Assembly (NCBI GenBank): GCA_026026165.1
Contig: JAPEUD010000044.1
Location: 1-64,000, forward strand
Direction: 5' to 3'
Length of the DNA stretch: 64,000 nucleotides
From: Sarea resinae
Lineage: Eukaryota
The notes beneath the pieces were generated by a model. It made no database searches, was not told the origin of the DNA, and saw only the letters and a list, made by a program, of their open reading frames with translations. Positions 54,061-64,000 of the stretch are shown one piece after another. Made by a program: the position numbers and the translations under genes. The first letter of the stretch is position 1; the number at the start of each line of letters is the position of its first letter.

Positions 54061-55227
54061 AGGTCTAATCCTTACCCAGTCGCAGGGGATGCAGTCAGAC
54101 TTTTTTCTCTGCCATGTTTCTCGACCCCGGTGTTTGATCGTCGACTTTATACCCCTCGGACCTCGACTTCGACCTCGCCCTTGACCAGTCATTTGTACAC
54201 GATTTACGAAAAGCATCGGATGAATTCCTCGTATCTACGATTCCCGGACGGTATTTCGTGTTTCTGTAGCCTACCTAGATATCCTGCACCCATTCTTGCT
54301 CTTGTTCTCCTATTCCCCCATCGAAGAGTCGGCATTGTTTTGGATGGGCATTTTACGGTTCGGTCATTTTCTTGATCGTGGGCACTATCAAGTAATACCT
54401 GCTACTGACGACTTATGAGAGAATGCATCACTACATCGCTGTTGCCTTTCTCTTACCCTGACTCACTAGCTCCTTTCTTTTTGATCAAATTGGCTGACAG
54501 CTACCTCCTCCTGTTGTGCCTGCCTACTAAATCTCAATCTGCTCTTCCGGCATCTTCCCGGAAAGTGAACATGATATATGGCTGTTCGGCCTCTGTGCTT
54601 CGCCATTTCATTGGCGGCGGGGAGGGACGTCCGCCGCTGTAAGGCATGGGCTAGCGATTTCTACGTGAAGGACACACAACACAAAAAGCCAATCTTTCAT
54701 ATCACCAATGTCTCACCCAAAAAGAAAAAAAAGACACAAGGCCGCTGCCACTAGAGTGAGGTGATATCTTGTTGAAGCGAGGAAGAAATAAGGATCTCGA
54801 AAATAATACAGGACATATCGAAAATAGGACAAGGGAACACACCTCTTGGGCTGTTGTATATAAAGAAACCTTTCCTAACTAACGCCAGAGGACACAAGTC
54901 ATGTCCAATCCACCACGCGCGCACAGATCGCGCTCAAATAAATTCCACGATATAATATGCCCGATATTGCAGAGTGAGACACGAGAGAAGAAAAATTTCC
55001 TCGAGAAAATGCGCGCCTCGCTTGAAACGCTGAGGTGGGGACGGGCAGCTGAAGGAAAAGTCCCTATATTCGAAAACCAAATGTGAAGACGAAAAGATGA
55101 TGGCATCGCAGGCCATATCCTCACCACGGGCGATGACCAACCTCCGCAGGTGATGGCCACGGACTGACAAAGAAAAGGCATCAAGACGTGAAGCATAGTA
55201 CAGTAAGATGTCGGAGCAAGCTGGAGA

Positions 55228-56409
55228 TCATAGTAAGATCAAGTAATTCGAGGGCGCTATGCCTGTTTCGCCCGTTTCCTTCTTCGCCTGCCACCAGCGG
55301 CCGCTGACATCTGAGACCTCGAGAACCTCGTGTTTCGAGAAGCTGATCTCATTCGCATCGTCCGGGTTGGCCTCGTATGAATAAATGGCTTTCGCCCGGT
55401 ACGGGTACTCCATAGCCGGTGTTGCATCTTCCTGCGCGGTGTTTCCACCAATGCCCCCCATGGCACCAGGTATCGTATTTTGCACAGGCGTGTGCGCCGT
55501 CGGCGTCGCCGTCTGACCGAGGAATCTGGGTTGAGACGAGTTCCGTTGTTCCGCACCCATGGGTCCACCGGGATATCCAGAGACTGGAGACGAGGTTTCG
55601 AATCCGTTGAGCTGCGCAGAAGTGTACATTTGCGGAGCCTGGTTCGATGAGAGTCCAGTGTTCGGTCTGCCACTGCCAAAGGGAGTCGACATTGGCCTGC
55701 TGGTTCGCGAAGATTGGCGATGATCCTTATGTAGGGCGAATGAGTCGACGTAAGTTCGATAGCTGGCCTGCGGGGCTGAGCCAAAATAGAAGATCCATAC
55801 AATCTATACATTCATATTAGAGGAAGTCCACCAGCCCATAGAGTAAGGATGACATGGAGCGTACCGCGACCATGGATAGCAAGATATGACCAGCCGCTGC
55901 AGCTTCCTTAGAGCCTTCTGGAGAGTAGACCAATGTATTTACTGATGATGTTGTGAAGACCATTCCGGCTGCTAAGAAACCCACAATCTGCGAGGCCGTC
56001 AGCGAGTTTGCAGACTGACGGGGATGTCCTGAAGACGGTTGTTCAACGTACAGCGACGCTGAAAGTTGCGACCGAATCTGAGGCAATCACCACCACCACC
56101 CCAAGGATACAGAAGAACATGTAGACAATTGCCCACCAGGCGAAGTTGGGGAAAGGAGATTTGATGGCGGCTACAATTGACGCGACGAAGGCGATCAACC
56201 AGGCGAGCTAGAACAAGTAATCAGACTCGAACATTGATGACGATGGCAGATCGAAGGGTCCTTACGATTGCGACGGAAATGGTTCCAAGTGCCCACGGAT
56301 CGCCAATGACATGTCCAAGGCTAAAGCGATTCGCGCCAGCGCGTCGACGGACATCCATGTTACCATTCATTTTGCGAAGAGAAGGAGAGTGGAGCGTGCC
56401 GTAAGGCAT
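55228..56409 (-). CDS. SHO1: High-osmolarity signalling protein Sho1 (4 TM + SH3), 4 exons
   Basis: [33 protein letters not shown]-terminal SH3 [33 protein letters not shown]. Confidence 0.95.
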
Positions 56410-59400
56410 GGATCCGTGTTTCCGGAAGGAAGTGAGGTAACGGGGACTTGATCGTCGAACCAGACTGGAATAATCAGAGTCGAACTGGTAAGGAAGAACG
56501 GTAGTGGAGGAGCACAGCCAAAAGAGTGAATTGCCGGGTGAAGGTCGCCGGCCGCCAGAGAAGAATGACCCTGTCAGAAGCGACGGCGCTTCAACAATGC
56601 TACCTTGGCTTTACCAACATGTACCATAGGCCGCGAGAGAGACAAAGAAAACAGATAACCAAGTCGTTGGAGCAGAGTCGACCGGAAACGGATATGTTCG
56701 AGGCAGTTCGATAAGACGAGGGAAAAGCGACCGTGGGAGGATGAGACTGGACTGTGTTGGTGGTGGTGAAAGGTGAAAGGTGCAGCAGGTATGGATGAAT
56801 GGAATGGGTAAAGTTTGATTACCCTAAGCTGAGGTACAGGGCACTGGGTACTGGTACTACCACCGCACGAAGTACGGCGGAGACAGTGCACCGATCTGGC
56901 CGTGGTAGAAGAGCGTGCGGGACCAGATTCGTCGCTTTCTTCAGGGTTCGGGAGATGTGCGTGTTCTTTGTGTGTAGGGGAGATGGGGTCCGAGGGGTCC
57001 TCTGTTGGTCCTGCGACACAAGGGGTTTCAAGAACTTCCCACAAAGTAGACGGAGCATCAGGAGTATCAGGAGTATCAGGAGTATAAGGAGTGAAGCCAA
57101 CGGTTGAACCGCTGCGACCCTAAGTCAAGCTCGAGAGAGGTGCCTAACCTCCTTGGGGCTTCGAATAGGGACAATAGGGACATAGCGTAAGGTACGAGGG
57201 CGCCGTGAGTACGTGTACTCATAGTACGATGCCGGATGTGTGATAGTGAGGAGTAATAAGGTAATCATTAGCGCCTCGAGACCTTTGAAGCCGGTACTCG
57301 AGTAGGGTATCTGAGGTACTCGAAGATACTTTCAGTGAAGACGTGCAGACGGGGAGCGAGCGGCAAAGGAAATAGGCATTGTATTGTACGGAGTGCAGTA
57401 GTATTGCCTTACGTCCAACCTCTCAGATAGAGGCTGTGATGATCGCCGTCGACGCTGTCTTCTAGGTCTTCTCACACCAGGGATTCTACCGCGGCTGTGA
57501 ATGTGCGAAGGGAGCATTGGAGGCTATCGCTACAGGATACTGCACTGAACGTGTCAACCGCATTTCAAGTGACTAGCTGTGATGTTCTGACTCTGGTGTT
57601 GTAAATGTTATTCGGCAGCTCGGTTCTGCGTATTGCTCTCTTCAATTGGCGCGGATCTTTCACTGACCACTGGTTTGCGCCAGACCCTGCTGCTCCTTGG
57701 ATTTACCTTTTGAACTGTATACACTTTATACAGACCACAGCGTGGCGGCATCAAATTGGGGGTCCTAGCATATCCGAGCTTTGTGTGACATACTGCGTCT
57801 AGTCTTGCAAGAGCAGTTCGTGAGGATGAGGGAGAGGCAATCGTGTTACTGCGGGCAGAGAAGCCTATTGTTTGTGTTGCTGCTGCTCTTAAGAGAGCTA
57901 GCCGTACTTCTACTAAAGCACATCCGCTTTTCCTTCTGCTTCGGCTGAGGCTGAAGCCATGAACAGCAGTAGGGATACGAACGACATAGAAATAGACACA
58001 AAGAGTATAAACGAAGAAGGCTACATCAACATTAACCCAGTCTGCAATATCAGTAGCGGAAGCTCTACTCCCCGGGGGGCATCCCTAACGATAGCCATCT
58101 ACGCCGGCGCTCCGATCCTCCGCGCCTCAAATAAACTGCAAATAAATTCGAAGCTGGTAGCCCTTGCTCACATGAAAATGACAACGATGATACCAATGAT
58201 GACGCAGCTACCGATGAGTCTGAGCGCAGTAGAGCCAAAGGAAACGATATCACTACACCGGCTCTTGGGCTTGGAACTGACCTAGTCTCTGCTGCGAATG
58301 CGAGTCTTGATCCTGTGGTAGACTTCTCCGACAGGTTGGGCCCAAGCCCTGGTGATGAATTGTGTGAGACTGTCGAGGGTGGCGAGGATATCAAAATTGC
58401 ACACGGTAAGGGAAACAAGAATAGCCGCGGGAGCAAGGACGAGTCTCCCGCTAGATAGAAAGGAGCTGCAACACGATTCCAGCTTTATTCTCTGCGACAT
58501 AGAGCTCGGCATTTCCGGGAGCAGCCGCAAAATAGAGCCGATCTCTCATGGCTCTGCCGGGGTTTCTTAACATATTCGACCTGCCAAGTCGGAGTCTGCC
58601 CGAGAGGCGATGCTGGAGGATATTCGCATCGATTGGTGTAACAATTGCGTCCTCGGAAATCCACATTACAACACGCATAAACCAGTCGTAGCTCAATAGA
58701 GGACATTCCCCGAATCATTGTCCCGTTGGCTGTGAAAATGGATTCATGACCGATGAACCCTCGATGTGAGATCGGATCGCACTCAAGAGCTTGTAGGTCA
58801 TCCGAAAAAAACGTCAGAGCCTGTATCGTTGGCAATGACGACATAAATGATTTTATCAGAATTCCCGCCAGGTGGAAAGGGTACTCGAAATTCGGCAAAA
58901 TTCTGGAGAGAATGATCGTCCAAGTGCACTGGCAGATACTGTCGAGAAGGTTAAGCCTTCACATTCAAGGTAGACATAGTGTGAGGAGCACTGCGCTGTA
59001 TAGTAGGCAATTAGGCATCACACGGAGGAGCCGGGTTATATAAGTTCTTCTGGCGCACGTAGGAACAGGTTTGCCTATTTACTGTACCTTACAGGTAGCT
59101 CTCTTCTCTTTCGAAGACGCTGCCTCGGGCTGCGGGCGGTATTGAATCAACTGATAATGGAGACCCTGCATCTCAGATTCATACCAAATAGATATATATC
59201 TGTCTAGCTTTCAGGTCAAATCTCTGACCACAACGCCGCATTATCGGGAAGAGGGTTGGGCAAACAGTCGACAGCAGAGCCGCTTAGAAACCAGGCACGG
59301 TTCGGCTTCGGCAGGTCCCCGCTTTCGTATAGACCAAGGGCCAATTCATGTTATAAAGCACCGATAATCCGATAAGGGTCTGTGGAGCTCGCCCTCACGG

Positions 59401-60526
59401 AACTGTACGACCTGTACTGTGAGATCTGGTCCTGGTATCGCCGGTGAAAAGACGATCGGTTGGCAGGGTGCATTAGCCATGACAAATTGATCTTGCAGGA
59501 GATATCTTTGATCCGTGAGGTGATGTAGTGAAATGGTGTCGGACAACAAGCGAAAAGGGTAGCGCCCTCTTAAGGACTTGATCGTAATTCGTCTACATAT
59601 TGTATTCCGACAGACGGTGATGCGGTGATGAGGTGAGTTGATGATGCGAGTACGAATGATACTTGTTCTTATACTCCGGGAGTAGTTGCCGGATTAAAAT
59701 TCATTAGAAAGCTCGGGAAAGTACTATATGTAGGACCCTCGCCATTTCAGCAGGGTTGGAACGCCAAACATGGCGCTCACAAATATCAGGTACGATTTAA
59801 CTCGGGGTAGCCGCTCAGGCATCGAGGATCTGAGCGTCAAGCTAAGGCACTAAGGACTCACAGCTTCACTAAGGTACCTTAGTGATCTCTGGGACAAACC
59901 CTTAAGACTCTCGGTCCCGACAACGAACAACAGATTGATATTCATTATCTAGAGAGACTTGATGTTTTAAAGGACATTCTAACAGAGGCTCCCTTCAACT
60001 GTCTTGGCTTTGTTACTCGACATGCAAAATGAAAAATCAATAGGAGCTGCCTGCCAGGGGTATATCAATAACCCTACGTAGTCGTTTGGATACGAGTCTG
60101 CTTAAGCAAGTCTGACAATGGTCGAAAAAGACTGGAATATGGAATTTCTGTAAATGCTCGGGAGCAATCAATCCATCCACCCAGGACTTGCCAAGCAAGG
60201 CACAATGAAAAGCTCTTGCTGAAAGCGGCACACAAGGGGGCATTGGCAGCCTACCCTATTATCACGCTTGACCCAACTACGATCTTTGGCCGCTGCCGCA
60301 AACAGAATATTGGCTGCGCGACTGACAGTCTTATGACTGAAGCACTGGAAAGATTGCGAGGCTCTGCGGTGATCAGTCCGATCGCCAGAGCTGGGAAATT
60401 CGCTGGAAGGCGATATACCAGCTTTTGCTCCGTCTGGTTTCTTCTTGCCTCGTATGAAACTCTCCAAACGTGATGAGCGCACTCACATCTGCTATTGATG
60501 CATTTCTCACAGGCCTGGGCTGGGTA

Positions 60527-61213
60527 TCAAATAGTATTTTCGTCATGTAATCGTTTTACTTCCTCTCTCTTTAGAGAACGATCAATCTGGGCCATTCTCC
60601 CTTCCCATTCAGTCCAGCATTCTCCTTCGCCCAAGACACTCAATTGATACCACCGCTGTAGTACCGCTGCACTCCTCTCCCTTAGTTTTGCCAACTCCTT
60701 TGCTTGTGCGGCTTGTAGAATTTCCAATCTGGCTATCCGTGGCCCTAGAGCAATCAACTCGGTTGACATTTCGGCAGGTGGTATTGGTGTGTCGCGGAGA
60801 GATGTCAAGCGGGACGCTGTCGTTGGATAGAGCGTTGCGAAAGACAAGACGATAGAGAGGATTTGCGATGTAGTCAGGGTGCTCGGAGGCTCCTTTGAAG
60901 GTAGGGATTGGAAGAGATCGGGGTGGTGAGCGACTGCGACAGCATTAGCCGCAGTAGATCAAGAAAGGAGCATTTTCATCCTACGTAGACTCAAGATGTC
61001 TTGTGCTACCCTTGATCTTGATGTGAGGGAGCGAAGAGAGCCCTCAAGTCGGGAAAGTCGAGCAGCGACTGAGCGTTCTGCTGGAGGATCCGCAGATTGT
61101 TCGTTGGAAAGCAGACTTTCATTGTTCCCCGTAAGAACGAATTCTATTCTTTGTAGCCTTGATTCGAGAAGTTCGATGGTGTCTAGAGCTGTTTGATCGA
61201 AAGGGCCCTCCAT
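60527..61213 (-). CDS. ro-10: Nuclear distribution protein Ro10 (dynactin p24-like); intron 60984-60934
   Basis: TIELLESRLQRIEFVLTG, HPDLF, YPTTASRLTSLRDTPIP, ECWTEWEGR; coiled-coil character. Confidence 0.8.
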
Positions 61214-61671
61214 TTCTACTCCGTATGCTCCGTAGGTCGCTGGGGACCTGGCTGTTGAAATGATGGTGGTAGTGGTGAAGGGGCAGCATTAGTGCTGGTG
61301 ACGGAGGTAGGGATTGTTTATAGCTCCCGCAACGCGAGCAGGGCTCTCTGAACCTCAATTGTACTCCGTGGGTAGTAGTGCTGAAGTAAAGATGCGTACG
61401 CAGGTCTCTGTACCGAGCTCACAGGCAACGTTGATCCAGCACTAAGGTACCACTACTTGACTCACTACCGTAGCGCTTAGAAGCATGTCAGATGGCGCGA
61501 GAACCGGGGTCGCTTTGCGCCAAATAATGTGTGTCTGTTCTTATCAGTCATCCACTCTCTCAGTGACCTCGGGACCAACCTTTCCAACATCGCCTTCGAC
61601 TTTGTCCTCGATAATCTTCGCACATGCCTTTCCAGAGCTGAAGGTGATTGTTATCTTGGAAGAGCTCGGGA

Positions 61672-63536
61672 ATGTCCACCTATTCCGCTATCAGTTCTCA
61701 TGCGGAGGATGATGGCAGACGCTTCAATAGCCCCAGCCCCAGCCCCGGGTTGAGCGTTCGCAGGCAAGTTGCACGCTCTCGTACCTTTGACTATTGCTAG
61801 ATTCCGCCCAAAATACACCGGCCTGAGCTGACTCTATCTTTTTGCTTTAGAGAGCGCTCGGCTCGCGGCAGGAAGGAGATTGGCATTATCGGCCAAGCCA
61901 GCTGGATTAGCAGCGTCATCAATCTAGTCAACACGAGTAAGTTATAAAGCACCCCCAGCAAATCTCAGCTCGCTCACAGCACTTTGTAGTCGTCGGGGCT
62001 GGAGTGCTGGCCATGCCATCTGCTCTCTCACATATGGGCATACTCTTGGGCATATTCATCATACTCTGGGCGGGTGTCACTTCGGCCTTTGGGCTATATC
62101 TCCAAGCTCGTTGCGCAAGGTATCTGGATCGAGGTTCTGCTTCATTCTTTGCTCTATCTCAAATCACCTATCCGAACGCTGCAGTTATCTTTGATGCAGC
62201 TATCGCGATCAAGTGTTTTGGCGTCGGCGTTAGCTATCTGATCATCATTGGGGACCTCATGCCTGGCGTTGTGCGGGGTTTCAGTGAGCAAGCCAGCAAT
62301 ATCGACTTCCTGGTCGATCGACACTTTTGGGTAACGGCCTTTATGTGAGTTCCAGCATTCGCCCTTGCAGCAGCCGAACGTTTACTGATAGAGACCAAAA
62401 TAGGCTCGTCGTTATCCCTCTCTCTTTCCTACGACGTCTTGATTCTCTTAAATATACCAGTGTCATTGCCCTCATATCGATCGGCTATCTTGTGATCCTC
62501 GTTGTGGCTCATTTCGTCAAGGGTGATACCATGCAAGAGCGAGGACCAATCCGTGTTATCAAATGGGAAGGGCCAGTTCCCGTGCTCAGTGCATTTCCCG
62601 TCATCGTATTTGCTTATACGTGCCATCAAAATGTGGGTCGGAAGGATTGGAATCACTACCTGAAGCTTTCTATTACGTTGCTGACTATGCAATCTAATAG
62701 ATGTTCTCAATACTGAATGAAATCCACGTCAACTCGCATTTCCGGACGACGGGCGTTATCTTCGCAAGTATTGGATCGGCTGCTGCAATTTACGTATTGG
62801 TAGCCATTACTGGTTATCTTTCCTTTGGCAACAATGTTGGTGGGAATATCGTTGGCATGTGTAAGATACAACCACATTGATCCCCGACTCTATTGGACTC
62901 GCAATACTAACAAGTCCCACAGACGGTCCCTCTATCGCGTCGACGATTGGTAAGGCAGCAATTGTTGTCCTGGTGATGTTCTCATATCCGCTTCAGGTGC
63001 ATCCCTGCCGAGCGTCTGTGGATGCTGTGCTAAAGTGGCGACCTATCAAAACAAACCGCCCGCCTCGGTCGGCCGATCCATCTCCCTCGCGATCCTTGCC
63101 TCTATTATCGACCCCCAGGGCGAGCAGCCAGCCTAGGCGGGATGTTATGGGCGAGACCCGATTTGCTGCCATCACAACAGCAATTATCGTGCTTAGCTAC
63201 GTCGTAGCAATCACCGTCTCCTCTCTCGAGACGGTGCTCGCGTACGTTGGGAGTACTGGTAGCACGAGCATAAGCTTTATCCTGCCGGGCCTGTTCTACT
63301 ACAAAATATCATCTCCAGACTCAGCCCACCGGCAGAGATTGATGAAGGAGGATGACGATGACGAATTCGACCCAAGTGAAGAGCACGATGACGGTCTTCA
63401 CAGTACGGGCGGGACTAGGTCTTCGGTCTGGCGAACGAAGCTGCTCAGGCGTTTGAGTCTTGCGTTGGCAATATATGGGTTTGTGGTCATGGGCGTCTGT
63501 CTGATTACGAACACTTTTTTCGTTGCGGCGCACTAG
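61672..63536 (+). CDS. Vacuolar amino-acid transporter (Aa_trans, Avt5/Avt6-like), 6 exons; first intron GC-AG
   Basis: GQASWISSVINLVNT|IVGAGVLAMP, AIAIKCFGVGVSYL, FAYTCHQN|MF, FSYPLQVHPCR, VGSTGSTSISFILPG. Confidence 0.92.
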
Positions 63537-64000
63537 TATACCATTTATCACCAAGCTTATATCCAGAAATTATATCACTCGTGATATATGTACTACACAC
63601 CACTCCAATAGTCCGTAAGGTGACAGTTCCTGTCCGCACCCTTGTATAGAGGTAACTTCAGAGGGCGACAATAGCTACACGGTGCAGGAAGCACAGATGA
63701 CCCAAGTTGCTCGGCGTCTCAATGTATACTGAAGCCCTTCCGTCTGTCCCGGACAACGAATCCACCTATCTCTATCATACAAAGCCATCTTTAGATGGCA
63801 ATCAGAACGCCGATGCACCATGCAGGTATGAACATCCTCCAATGCTTGGGGCGGAATAAATGAGATCAAGGAGATTTTGGAGTCGTCGGATCAGGTTGCT
63901 TGACGCCGGGTCGATATTTGGGCTCTAACAGGCCGATCTGGAAAGGCGTTAGTAGGCTCTCGAAAGGAAGCAGCCAGCACTCCGAAACGTGGGATCGGGA

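Noticed and set aside
60391..60410. GGGAAATTCG resembling RNase P CR-I
   Set aside because: No other conserved regions or enclosing helices found; it lies antisense to the ro-10 3' UTR.

Overview
Fungal (filamentous ascomycete, Pezizomycotina-type) nuclear DNA with short GT-AG introns and CTRAY branch points. It holds about 19 protein-coding genes: an O-methyltransferase, DHHC palmitoyltransferase (Pfa5-like), a small Cys-rich protein, RfeG-like factor, DNA polymerase eta, GST, a Glu/Arg-repeat protein, mitoribosomal mS45, ceramide synthase, Bax inhibitor-1, septin Cdc11, PROPPIN Hsv2, Ist3/RBMX2, dynein light intermediate chain, a PQ-loop protein, Sho1, Ro10/dynactin p24 and an Avt5/6-like transporter. 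Best observations: (1) a 14-exon PQ-loop gene whose frame requires a single-nucleotide exon (T52716); (2) a candidate double-guide box C/D snoRNA in the mS45 intron; (3) a ~300-nt multi-helix foldback with Pol III-like boxes between pol eta and GST; (4) a ~250-270 bp triplicated non-coding unit with promoter-like motifs between convergent genes; (5) an obligatory GC-AG intron; (6) a strongly over-represented intergenic 9-mer TACTCCGTA. Gene models were spliced by eye and family calls come from motif recognition, with no database search.
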